The translations under genes and the position numbers were made by a program. Below are positions 11,881 to 22,795 of a stretch of DNA of 64,000 nt, piece by piece. The notes under the pieces were generated by a model. The model ran no database searches. It was given only the letters and a program-made list of their open reading frames with translations, and was not told the origin of the DNA. The stretch is from Centroscyllium fabricii (lineage: Eukaryota), in NCBI GenBank assembly GCA_051313645.2, contig JBNRSN020000014.1, positions 34,410,001 to 34,474,000 of the forward strand, written 5' to 3'. How positions within the stretch are numbered: the first letter of the stretch is position 1; every line of letters starts with the position of its first letter.

Positions 11881-12658
11881 AAACAATTCCTGGTGCAGTG
11901 CTGGCAAAGTCACCAGAGGGGAAAATGAGTTAAACTGTGGTACTTCCAGGGCAGCACCCATCTGACGCACAATTTTGCACTGGAGTGGTGAGAGCAGATT
12001 CATGGTCCATGCATAGAAATCCAATTTATTGTCTCCACCCCATCCTAATCCCGCTGTACCGTGGATCCCAGCAAGTGAAGAGTGGCTGCAATTTGTGTGC
12101 TTGTGTATTTTTCGGTGTGCGAGTTTAAGCATTTCCAGATGAGTTTGGTGCATGTTGATGGCCTGTGTGTGTAAGTTTACTGTTGACTAATTTCAACCAG
12201 CTGTGGCTCATTGAGTAACTGAGCCATACAGGGTGCGGAAGGTTGCGGGGTTGAGTTAGCGGAGGTCAGTTGCTGCAACAGTAGAAGAATAATCTCCCTT
12301 CTCACTCTCTGGAAAGGAAGGTCCTCAAATATTGACTAACATGTAAGTCGTCTGCTACACTGAGTCAGGGCCCCCCTCCCCACTAACTTATGACCTCCCA
12401 GGGTGGGCCATGCTGAGGTTATGACCTCCCAATATTTGCCCTCCATGAGAGGTAAAAGTATTCTTTAAACAATGGACACACGGAGGAAGAATGAATTCCT
12501 TAAGTGGTGGCCGGAAGCTAAGTGGTGTTTCCATATGAAGTGCTTGATTAGGAGTGCTGCAGGGGAGCGGGACCGTCTGAATTTCCCAATCCTCAGTTTC
12601 CTGCTTCCGATGCTTCAGTCTCATTTTCCTGACTGCATCCTGTTTTTCTGCTTTTTAG

Positions 12659-12694
12659 CTCCATCATGAGACTCAGCAGTAAGAAGGTGGCGTG
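12659..12694 (+). CDS. RAB11FIP3: RAB11FIP3 36-nt small exon
   Basis: ctttttag|C...TG|gtaagt. Encodes SIMRLSSKKVA(W), compared with mammalian PTKRLSSKKVAR. Confidence 0.9.
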
Positions 12695-13876
12695 GTAAGT
12701 GGAGACTGTGGCTCGTGTCTGTAAACTTATGAAGTTGTGAGTAAAAGTTTCTGGTGGTTTCAGTAGGAGAGATGTGACTGTGGGATGGTGAACAGGAGAA
12801 GCGTGCGCTGGAGAAAGGTGACCCCAGTAAACTCCGCCGCCTCCCCGGCACATGCTCGCTGTCGTGCGTAATGAGTATGTTGGGAAGGAGTTGTGAAGAG
12901 GAATAGCGCAGCTTCTATCTTCTGGGACTGCTCAGAATGTGCCATAGCTTATGGGAGAGTATGGAAGCGTTTTTGCTAGCTTCACACATCCAGTAAACTT
13001 TCACAACTCTAGCTGGCATTGATAAGAAAATTGCAGGTCAATTAGCATCTGAAAGAGACTGACCGATTGGTGTTTCGGATGTAACTGCTTTAATAATGGT
13101 AATAGTTCTGTCTCGAGTCTCGTGCTGTTCTTCTGTTGCTGCTCGATCTGGTTTGTAGCATTTTCTGTCTTTGCAAATACAGATGTTTCTCTGTTGCACA
13201 GAAATGTTGAACAGCAGCTGGATTGTAAGAGCCTTTTTTTCCTCCTGTTGGTTTTTAAGGCACTGGGGTCTCATCAACTAGTCTGGGTACACAGATGAGT
13301 TGGGGAGGAGGGGGGCAAAGTTAGCTGCATTGGGAGAGGAAGGGGTGTTATCTGGCTGCCCTGATGTGGTGGTGGTGGTAGATTGGGGGGAGGGGGAGGT
13401 AGTTTGTGATGTATGGATGGTCTCCAGATGTAAATGGTGGTTGTGCGACTCCCCGATGTGATGTAACAATTCTAATGTGCACGGAATCTTCTGTTGTGCT
13501 CGGATGTGTACAGTGTCGAAGTGGACAGTTTGATGCTCTGAGATTGGAGCAGGAGGCTGGAAACCAACTGCTGGGCAGGAATCCATTCCCTCAGAATGTT
13601 GATCAATACACAAGTTTGTTTCTTTAAAGTGCCAGCGCAGTGGGAGCTGGACTCTTGCAGGATATGCTGAAATGTGTGACTCGTTGTATCAAACTGTGGA
13701 AGTTGTATTTGAGTCGATGGCGAATCAGACTTTGAGCTGCTTTGCTGTGAAGCGCCTGGCACTGCTTGTCCGAGCAGTCACTCTGAGCATCTCTGGCACA
13801 AAGAGGGCTTGCACTGTGCTGTCAGCTGTGAAAATGGGCTTTGTCTCTCAATACTGAACACATTGTCTAATTGCAG

Positions 13877-13970
13877 GCACCTCCAGCAGAACAGTGCAGT
13901 CAGCACTGACGGTATGGAGAATCTGCCGAAGGATACACTGGGCTTCATCCCCTCGGATCTCACTGATCAG
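13877..13970 (+). CDS. RAB11FIP3: RAB11FIP3 coding exon
   Basis: ttgcag|G...CAG|gtcaga, 94 nt, phase 2-0. Encodes HLQQNSAVSTDGMENLPKDTLGFIPSDLTDQ and links the flanking exons in frame. Confidence 0.85.
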
Positions 13971-14184
13971 GTCAGAGTTTGAATTTGGCAAAAGCTTGGA
14001 GTTCCTTTGAACATTTAACTTTGTTTGAAGGCTGCTAGTGTTTGGTATTTTTTTAAACAAACTTTGCCTTCAGCTCACTTCTGAAAGCTTAGTCTGAGGT
14101 AATTGTTTTGGTGTCGGCAGCTGCAGCTCTGCTCAAAGTGTCTTTGCACAAATTCTCCTCCCCACACAGTTTTCACCAGCTCAT

Positions 14185-14562
14185 GGGCAGCACGGTGGCA
14201 CAGTGGTTAGCACTGTTGCCTCACAGCTCTGGAGACCCGGGTACTATCTGTGTGGAGTTTGCACATTCTCCCCGTGTCTGCGTGGGTTTCCTCCGGGTGC
14301 TCCGGTTTCCTCCCACAGTCCAAAGATGTGCGGGTTAGGTTGATTGGCCAGGATAAATTGACCCTTAGTGTTAGGGGGGGTTGAATATGTGGGGTTACGG
14401 GGATAGGTTGGGATATGTGTCGGTGCAGGCTCGATAGCAATATGGGGGGAGGGCAGGGGCGGGGTGCTGGGTTTGGATGATCAGCCATGATCTCATTGAA
14501 TGGCGGAGCAGGCTCGAAGGGCCGAATGGCCTACTCCTGCTCCTATCTTCTATGTTTCTATG
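14185..14562 (+). mobile_element. HE1-type V-SINE with CR1 3' tail
   Basis: V domain plus tail gatcagccatgatc...ggcctactcctgctcctatcttctatgtttctatg, near-identical to CR1 3' ends. Confidence 0.9.
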
Positions 14563-14650
14563 AGTGACGCAACTGAGTGTAGGAACTGGAGTGAGGGGGG
14601 TACCAAATACTGGTCCTTCACCATGCTGTCTGTCTTCTGATGATGTGCAG

Positions 14651-14754
14651 GTGATATTCCTGGAGAAGCGAGTCGCTGAGCTGGAGCAGGACAATACGAC
14701 CAACGGAGAAGTCCACAGCCGCCTGAGGCAGGAGAACCTGCAGCTGGTGCACAG
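14651..14754 (+). CDS. RAB11FIP3: RAB11FIP3 coding exon (coiled coil)
   Basis: gtgcag|GTG...AG|gtaggg. Encodes VIFLEKRVAELEQDNTTNGEVHSRLRQENLQLVH. Confidence 0.95.
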
Positions 14755-15598
14755 GTAGGGCTCTCGGTACTCGTTTCCCTCCCTCACCGCCCCGAGTGAA
14801 GGTTTTACCCATCCCCGGAACATGCCTGAACTCTGCTCAGCACCGTGCAATTATCTGGGACTCTCGTGCAGCACAATCAGACTCTTTGGATATTGATATT
14901 CAAACCAAAAATAGACTACATATGGACTGCAATGTGCTTTAAATTATGTATTTATATTTTTTTAATGTCACTTTTGGAGGAGGAACTGATTGGATTTACA
15001 TTGGTGCTTGAGTTTCATAAATGCCTGATTGTCCTATTGAACCAGTTTAATTAAAACGATCCAATCACACAATTTGACCATGAGCAGGAATTCAGTAGTT
15101 GAAGTGCCATTTAACTCCCGGTCTCCCGCTGATGTCCAGAACTGACTCGACACAGTTGGGTGTACTGTATTAACTAGAAAGAAAGCAGTTGCATTTATTA
15201 GAAAGCAGTTGCATTTATTAGAATGTCTTTGCGTCGTCGAGCCTTCAAAGTGCTTCATATCCAACAATGTTTTTGACCTGTAAACAAACACAGCAGCTAA
15301 CTTGCACACACGATCTCCCTGAACAGTAAACTCGATGAATGATCTGTTTATTGTCCGTGTTCTTCCCTGGTAACTTATTCCACAACTCTGTTGTGCTTTG
15401 GCTAGTTCAGATAGTATGTGATGCAGAGATTGCGCCTCTCGAGTTCTGGCACATCAGTTAACAGTCCATACAAGGATTGCTGAAGGCTGATGCTGAAAAA
15501 AGATGTCTGTGCTGCATAAGATTAGTAAAAGCAGAGACCCTAGCCATCAGTGTTGTGAAGGCAGTGTTGGTGCTCATTCCCTGCCCCTCCCTGAACAG

Positions 15599-15739
15599 GG
15601 CCAATGCACTGGAGGAACAGCTCAAGGAGCAGGAGACGAAGTCTGAACAGATGTTACTGGAGGAAATGAGAAAACAGAAAGACGCTCTGAACAAAGTGGA
15701 TCGCGAGCAGGTCATTGCGATTGAAAATCTGCATACCAG
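15599..15739 (+). CDS. RAB11FIP3: RAB11FIP3 coding exon
   Basis: aacag|G...AG|gtaagt. Encodes ANALEEQLKEQE...IENLHT. Confidence 0.95.
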
Positions 15740-16234
15740 GTAAGTGTGCATCTGTCATCGTGCATGTGTACCTGTGCTAATCCCCACCTCCAACTACATC
15801 TCGGCAGAGGCAGGATAACTTGGAACCTGGCCAAGGATAGGAGCAGGGTGGTCTTCAGTTCTAGGTTGGAGATCAGTGGTCAGTGACAGTAGCCATTGTT
15901 TTCTGTCTAGAAGGTTAAGGTCCCATGTGAAGTGTGCTGGTACTTTGTCTTTGAGTTTGTGAAAGTGTGTTCATATGTTGCTGACACTACTGCATGAAAA
16001 TGTGTGAAGTTGGATGGGTCCACAGAAAGGAGGAATTTGTTCTGGTTTAGGAGCAGGAATCTGTCTCGCCTCTGATTCGAATTTTTACCTTCCGCACTGA
16101 TCAGAAATGGGCACTGTGGTCTCAAACTCAATTACCCGACCAGAGAGAGACAGAGTCCATGCATCAGTAATTCGCAGCTTTAATTATTGCAGTAGTATAG
16201 GTCGTAGGGGAGGGAGGTACAGTCAAAGTGACCT

Positions 16235-16610
16235 TGTGAGTTGCTGCACTACATTGAATAAATTTAAAACCGAGAGATAGTTTCCTGGAAGTAAAGGGAA
16301 TTAGGGGTTATGGCGAGCGGGCAGGTAAGTGGACGTGAGGCTAGGTTCAGATCGGCCATGTGATCTCCTGGACCAGTTTTCGATCGCCTAGATGGGTCGG
16401 AGAGGAATTTCCCAGATTTTTTCTCACAAATTGGCCACTGGGTTTTTGTCTGGTTTTTCGCCTCTCCCGGGTGATCACATGGGTTTGGGCGGGATGGAGA
16501 GTAAAAATAAAATTGAGGTTAGGATCAGATCAGCCATGATCTTGTTGAATGGCGGAGCAGGCTTGAGGGGCCGATTGGCCTACTCCTGCTCCTATTTCTT
16601 ATGTTCTTAT
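16235..16610 (+). mobile_element. CR1-type 3' end fragment
   Basis: Near-identical to 5445-5710 and ends in the CR1 terminal stem-loop/tail. Confidence 0.75.
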
Positions 16611-17692
16611 CCTGCAGATCGTATGTACTACAGCCACAGTGCACCAATGGTGGAGGGAGTGTGGGTATTGAGTCTAGCGGCAGGGAAGTTGATCAAGCGG
16701 TTTATTCTATCCTAGATGGTGTTGAGTTTTTTCAGTGCTGTTGCAGCTGCCCCATCCAGATGAATGGTGTGTATCTGTCACACTCCTGACCCAGAGACTT
16801 ATAGATGGAGCGATTGGGGGTGAGCCACTTTTTGAGGAGTATCCAGTCTTTGTTTGGCCCATGCAGGCAAGTTGTAGATGTGGTTGTTCCACTTAAGCCT
16901 ATGATCAATGCTGACCTCCTATTGTGGGACTTAGCAATGGTGATGGCGATGAAGGTCAGGGGGAGCTGGTTGGGCATTTTCTTGTTGATGGTCATTGCTT
17001 GGCATGGATGTTACCAGCCACTTGTCAGTCCAAGTCTGAATGTTGTCGGAGTCCTATAGATAGCTGGCCTGGGTTAAGGTAGCTGCCCTGATGATCTCCT
17101 AGAGTGATGTTCTGGCAAAAGGATGGCTAGAGTAGGATCATAAGGCCACTAATGTGGGGAAGGAACTGAGCCTTTGGAAGCCTGACTTGATGGAAACCCA
17201 ACAAGAATAACACAGGATAATTTCAAAGGTAACCAGATAGTCAGCACATAAATTTTGCAGGTATGTTGTGACAGAGACTGTGGAAGGTTTGGGAGGTGTC
17301 CAGGGCGCTGACTGATGAAGCACATTAATTAGTGAATAGGCTGGGCTGCAGTGAAAACAAATGTGCAGCGAACTCGATCAATTGGAGCCTCGACTCATCA
17401 ATGCCAAAGACAAATCATGCCTGAGGGCTTTGAAAAGCCGTTGGATTATTTTATCTTGAATGGTTTGAAGAAGCTTTGTTTGGCCTCTAACCAGTGATGG
17501 TGGCTGTAGGTCAATAACCATGTACATTTTGTGGGTTTGCATGGAGTCCAGGGCCAAGAGTTTTGGGATTAAATAGCCTCCTTAACACCCACATCAGACC
17601 TTAACATGACCACATGAGGCATCCAGCTAATCTCACTGCATAGTAACACTGGACGATATTTATTCCTGTGGTAGTCTTCTGTTTAAATCATT

Positions 17693-18811
17693 GGCTTGGA
17701 ATTTGCAATGGGTAATAACAGCGAGCGAACAGCGTTCGCTGCTGTTACCCCTTTGAAATTGACTGCAACTCTTAGGGGCGGCACGGTGGCAAGCACTGTT
17801 GCCTTACAGCACTAGAGACCCGGGTTCAAATTCAGCCTCGGGTACTATCTCTGGAGTTTGCACACTCTCCCCGTGTCTGCGTGAGTTTCCTCCGGGTGCT
17901 CCGGTTTCCTCCCACAGTCCAAAGATGTGCGGGTTAGGTTGATTGACCATGATAAATTGACCCTTGGTGTTAGGGGGGTTGAATGTGTCGGGTTACGGGG
18001 ATGGGGTGGGATGTGTGTCGGTGCAGGCTCGATGGGGATGTGGGGACAAGGCAGGGACAGGGTGCTGGGTTTGGATGATCAGCCATGATCGCATTGAATG
18101 GCGGAGCAGGCTCGAAGGGCCGAATGGCCTACTCCTGCTCCTATCTTCTATGTTTCAGGATTAAGCGCAAGCGCATCCTAACGCGAGATCCTGAAGTTCA
18201 CTGCACAGACACTGGCTGCACTCTTGGGGGCCCCCCACCCAAAATAGCCAGCAGTCGGTGTAATGTGGAAAAATCAATAAAACTGACTCGCTTTTCCGCA
18301 GTAATATCACTGTTAAATACCCCATTAAATGTTGAGCCTTGTTGGATTAGGTGTAACTGGGGTTTTAACAGCATATTGACTGCTAAACAAACGTGTGGCC
18401 CCCCAAAAAAACTAATTTTAATTTTGTGCAGTGTCAAATTTCTCATGATTTAAAAATGATAATTTACAAGAAACTTTAAAAGAAAATATTTTTTTCTTCT
18501 TTTTTTTCAGGTTTGCCTTTTCCCCATGTGAGAGCCCCAATCTTTGTTTTACACTAACATTTTTTAAAAAGTCAGAATAAAAGCAACTGCACTTCCTAGC
18601 TCCCTGTCTGCAAATTCTGCATTGTGATTGGCTGCTTAGACAGCTTGTTGACACCACAGCAGCTATGGGATTCTCAATAAACTGCACTGATCTCAACTGC
18701 ACGTCGAAAATGCCGAACTTCTTGCCACAGAGATCGTGAGCTATCTGGGAAGCTTTGTTCAGGGCCAGCGGTGAACGCCTTCGCTTTGCCGCTGACTGCA
18801 AATTAAGGGCC
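17693..18811. mobile_element. Harbinger-like MITE containing a nested HE1 SINE (17775-18155)
   Basis: Imperfect TIRs ggcttggaatttgcaat / actgcaaattaagggcc. AT-rich centre, no ORF. Confidence 0.65.
17775..18155 (+). mobile_element. HE1-type V-SINE with CR1 tail
   Basis: tRNA head, V domain and CR1 tail. Confidence 0.9.
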
Positions 18812-19132
18812 TTTGACTTTAACTCCTTGCCATTGAATGTACAAGCCCGCACCATGGCGCTTGTTTGTGACCAGATGTTACCACAGATGTCTTCCTCCCG
18901 CCCCGTACACTGTTGTTTTCCACGACATCAAAATTTGTTGGGACTTGCCCATTGTTGCATGCTGTGTGATTTGGATCAGGTGTTAGGCATCACATGGTTG
19001 CCAAGTGTGCCGATTCTTCTCATTTGACCATCTCCAACAAGACCTTCAGCAGAGGCATGGGGATCGATTTACCATTTTGGGGGGGGGATAAAAAGTTCAA
19101 ACCTTAAACTCAAGCTGGATTTTCTGTTTCTT

Positions 19133-19851
19133 GCCCAGAAATTCGAGTTGGAGGCTTCCCGCAGGTGCAAGCCTCCAACCTGCACTTGCCTGCCGGGCAT
19201 TGAGCGGTGGGCCCGCGTGTAATTCCATTCCTGAACCTGCTCCAACTGCCGGCGCGCTGTGCTTGCGTGTCCCAGGGGCGCAGTTAGTGCGATGTGTCCC
19301 CTGGGATCACGTGGGCCACGGAGAGCCAATGGGAGCAGAGAATTGCCCATTCACAAGTTTGACAGGAAGAGCTGTCAAAACTATCAATACTATAAGCCCC
19401 AAACATCTCCAAAAAAAAATGTAAATCAAAATTTTAAAATAACTATAAATTACATGAAATAACTATTTTAAACAATTTAAATTTTTGAAAAAATTATTTA
19501 CATTTTCTAAAGGGGCTAAAAATAAACTTGGCTTTCTTTAAAGTATTTAAAAATAATAAACCTGTGGAAAAAAGGTTTACATTTTAATTAATTCACCACT
19601 TGTTAAAAGGCCTTTTGTCTGCTTTTTACATGTGTAACATCTGCAGACTTACCCGCAGGGAAAAACCTGTTTACAAAAAAACGTATGTGCAACGCGCTGC
19701 TGCTCCTGCGCATGTGCTCCACCTCTTAACCCCTTCGTTCAGGGGAACGGAAGTGCCGGTTTCCCGCGCATGCACAAAATCAGCACTTTAGTTGGGCCTA
19801 CGGGTGAGTACCCCGTCTGTACTCATGCGTTGGGTCCCAAATTCCTGGGCC
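19133..19851. mobile_element. Harbinger-like MITE
   Basis: TIRs gcccagaaattcg / ccaaattcctgggcc. GC-rich ends with an AT-rich core. Confidence 0.65.
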
Positions 19852-19942
19852 ATGGTGTTTCACCCTTTGCAGTTGAGCGACTGATTGTATGTGTTTAACT
19901 GGTGGGTGAATGTTGAGATTGGTTCTGTTCCTCCTTTAGTGG

Positions 19943-20345
19943 TCTTATACTCGCTGGAGTTTAGAAGAATGAGAGGGGACCTCATAGAAACTTATAAAAT
20001 TCCGACAGGTCTGGACAAACTAGATGCAGGAAGAATGTTCCCGATGATCGGAGAGTCCAGAACCAAGGGTCATAGTTTAAGGATAAGGGGTAAGCCATTT
20101 AGGACAGATGAGGAAGAATTTCTTCACCCAGAGAGTGGTGAACCTGTGGAATTCTCTATCACAGAATGTAGTTGAGGCCAAGTCATTAAATATATTCAAG
20201 GAGGTAGATATATCTCTTAGAGCTAAAAGGATATGGGGAGAAGGCAGGTACGGGGTACTGAGTTTGGATGATCAGCCATGATCTCATCAAATGGCGGAGC
20301 AGGCTCGAGGGGCCGATTGGCCTACTCCTATCTTCTATGTTTCTC
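19943..20345 (+). mobile_element. CR1 3' fragment
   Basis: LYSLEFRRMRGDLIETYKI followed by the CR1 tail. Confidence 0.88.
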
Positions 20346-20507
20346 TGTTTAGTGAGTCCTCAGTAGTTGGTTCAAGCTTGCTACCTGATCAGTTGAGGTG
20401 GTCACGCTGCACAATATAGTTTGTACGCTATGAAGACAGTTGCAGGATAGGCAGCCTTTGGCAATTAATCGAAAAGGTGTTACATTTGTGCATCTGTCTA
20501 AACACAG

Positions 20508-20589
20508 GTTACAGCAGCTGGATGAGGAGAATGGGGAATTGCGAGCATGCATTCCATGCCTTCGGGCTAATGTCGAGAGACTGGAGGAA
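20508..20589 (+). CDS. RAB11FIP3: RAB11FIP3 coding exon
   Basis: acacag|G...GAA|gtacgt. Encodes LQQLDEENGELRACIPCLRANVERLEE. Confidence 0.95.
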
Positions 20590-20754
20590 GTACGTTCACA
20601 TTTTCTTTGATTGGTTTGTTGGATGCCACTTTTAAATACAAGCCTGCGACTTCCATCTACTGTCAGCATCACTCGCTGTTCCTTGTAATGTAGCAGGTCC
20701 CGACTACTCTGTCCCCTTTATCACTTCGGCTCTGTATTTAAGGATATAATGAAT

Positions 20755-21210
20755 CCCTTTACCCATTCCCACTCTCGCGGTGGTTGGGGGGGAGCCTTTT
20801 ACACTCTCTATTTGCGAGGGGAGGGGGAGAGGCATTTACACACTCGCTCCTGGGGGGAGGGGGGGAATGTTTACACACTCGCTCCATGGGGGGATGTTTA
20901 CACTCTCGCTCTGGTGGGGGATGGGGGGGGGCGTTTACACTGGCTCGATCTGTTGGGGGGCATTTACACTCTCGCACCGTGGGGGGGGGGGGGCGTTTAC
21001 ACACTCGCTCCGGTGTGGGGGGTGTTTGCACACTTGCTCCGTGTTGGGGGGGTGCGTTTACACTCGCTCCGTTGGGAGGGGGTCGTTTATACTCGCTCCG
21101 TTGGGGGGGGGGTGCGTTTCCACTCCCACTCCGGTGGGGGGCGTTTACACTCTCGCTCCGTTGGGGGGGGGGGCGTTTACACTCGCTCCGTTAGGGGGAC
21201 ATTTACACTT
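20755..21210. repeat. G-rich minisatellite (~28-30 bp unit, G(n)cgtttacacactcgctccgtt)
   Basis: About 15 degenerate units, each with a G run of 5-14 nt. Confidence 0.9.
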
Positions 21211-21243
21211 GACGCGCTCACTCTCGGGTGTTTGCCCTTTCAG

Positions 21244-21381
21244 GAGAAGCAGAAACTGCTGGATGAAGTGGAAGATCTGACACAGAAACTGAAGGAAAAA
21301 CAGGAGAGTAACCAGAAGATGTCGGATAAACTCTTACACAAGCAATACCAGTTTCAGAAAGAAAAGGAAGCTACTCAAGAG
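21244..21381 (+). CDS. RAB11FIP3: RAB11FIP3 coding exon
   Basis: ctttcag|GAG...GAG|gtgaga. Encodes EKQKLLDEVEDL...FQKEKEATQE. Confidence 0.95.
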
Positions 21382-21452
21382 GTGAGACGTTTTGTGCCTT
21401 CTCTTCCCCCTCCCCAGCCCAAAGAAGCCGAGATCTGTCCCCATCTCTAATA

Positions 21453-21789
21453 CAGGTTGAGCACAGTTAATCCGGCACCCTCTGGACCAGGCCGGTGCCG
21501 GACCACTGAAAATTCCGAACTACTGAAGGTTCGGGGGAGTGCGCGGGTAGAACACTCCCTGGGGCCCGGAGCACGCGGTGGAACACTCCTGGGAGGGAGC
21601 CCGGTGATAGAACACTTAGAAGACCTAAAAAAACAGAAACCCAAACGCACGACTCCTTCGCCGCTCGCCCACCCTTCATTGGAAACAGTGGCGCCGCCGA
21701 GCGGCTGCTCCAAGACCGCCGGCTTCAATTCGTGCCGGACCACTGAAGGTGCTGGACCATCGGGTGCTGGATTACCGGTGCTCAACCTG
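21453..21789. mobile_element. pogo/Tigger-like (Tc1/mariner) MITE
   Basis: TA|CAGGTTGAGCACAGTTAATCCGGCACC ... GGTGCTGGATTACCGGTGCTCAACCTG|TA, with TA target duplication. Confidence 0.85.
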
Positions 21790-21976
21790 TACTGTCCTTC
21801 ACTGAAAGACCCAGCAAGTTTCAGGTTCAAACAACAAATCATCTGAAAGTTGATGTGATGGTTCTTGAGTTGAGTTTGGAATAATTCCTTGTTGCTATGT
21901 GACTGCCAACAGAATCCTGCCACCCCTACCTGGCCCAGCCTAGATGTGATTGATTTTTTTTCCCTGTGGTCTCTAG

Positions 21977-22132
21977 CTCATTGAAGACCTGCGGAAGCAA
22001 TTAGAGCAGCTGCAACTCTTCAAACTGGAAGCAGAAAGGTTGCGTGGGCGGTCGAGCAGTGTTGGGCTGCAGGAATACAACAGCCGCAATCGAGAGACGG
22101 AATTGGAGCAAGAGATTAAACGGCTCAAACAG
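21977..22132 (+). CDS. RAB11FIP3: RAB11FIP3 coding exon
   Basis: ctctag|CTC...CAG|gtacaa. Encodes LIEDLRKQLEQLQLFKLEAE...RGRSSSVGLQEYNSR...RLKQ. Confidence 0.95.
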
Positions 22133-22245
22133 GTACAAGTGATTGGGGTCTCTCACCCCACCCTTCCTGCTTGTAAGGCTGAGGCTCTTGTGTACATGCC
22201 AGTGGGACAGCCAGTATATAACCCCTTGCCTCTCGCTTTCACTAG

Positions 22246-22386
22246 GATAACCGAAACTTGAAGGAGCAGAACGACGAGCTGAATGGACAGATCATTAACC
22301 TGAGTATCCAGGGAGCAAAGAGCCTTTTCACAACCTCTATTGCAGATTCTCTGGCTGCAGAAATCAGCTCTGTTTCCAGGGATGAA
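22246..22386 (+). CDS. RAB11FIP3: RAB11FIP3 coding exon (start of Rab11-binding region)
   Basis: cactag|GAT...GAA|gtgagt. Encodes DNRNLKEQNDELNGQIINLSIQGAKSLF...SLAAEISSVSRDE. Confidence 0.95.
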
Positions 22387-22663
22387 GTGAGTTACAGAGT
22401 TTGGACTTTGCTTCTGCACTTAAAAATCTATTAGCCTTTTATTTTTTTTAAAAAGCGCAATAATTTACAGGCACAAGAGTTTGGTCAGTGGTGCCCACAG
22501 CCCAAGTGGCATTGCTGGAGGCCTGACCGCAGGTTAATTGTCAGTTGGTGGGGTCAGATGAGTTTGGGTGTGTGTGGAATGTGCGCACCTGGAGCTGTCT
22601 CTCAGTCCTGATGTTTAAATGCACTGTAACTGCCTCAATGCTGTTTTTCTGTCTTGATCGCAG

Positions 22664-22795
22664 CTTATGGACGCTATTAAAAAACAGGAAGAGATCAACT
22701 ACAGGCTGCAGGATTACATCGACCGAATTGTTGTAGCGATCATGGAGACCAACCCTGCAATTCTCGAGATCAAACAGACTGAGGCACACTCCTAG
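22664..22795 (+). CDS. RAB11FIP3: RAB11FIP3 last coding exon (FIP-RBD), stop TAG 22793-22795
   Basis: atcgcag|CTT. Encodes LMDAIKKQEEINYRLQDYIDRIVVAIMETNPAILEIKQTEAHS*, containing the YID signature of the FIP Rab11-binding domain. Confidence 0.95.
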   Translation, partial: LMDAIKKQEEINYRLQDYIDRIVVAIMETNPAILEIKQTEAHS

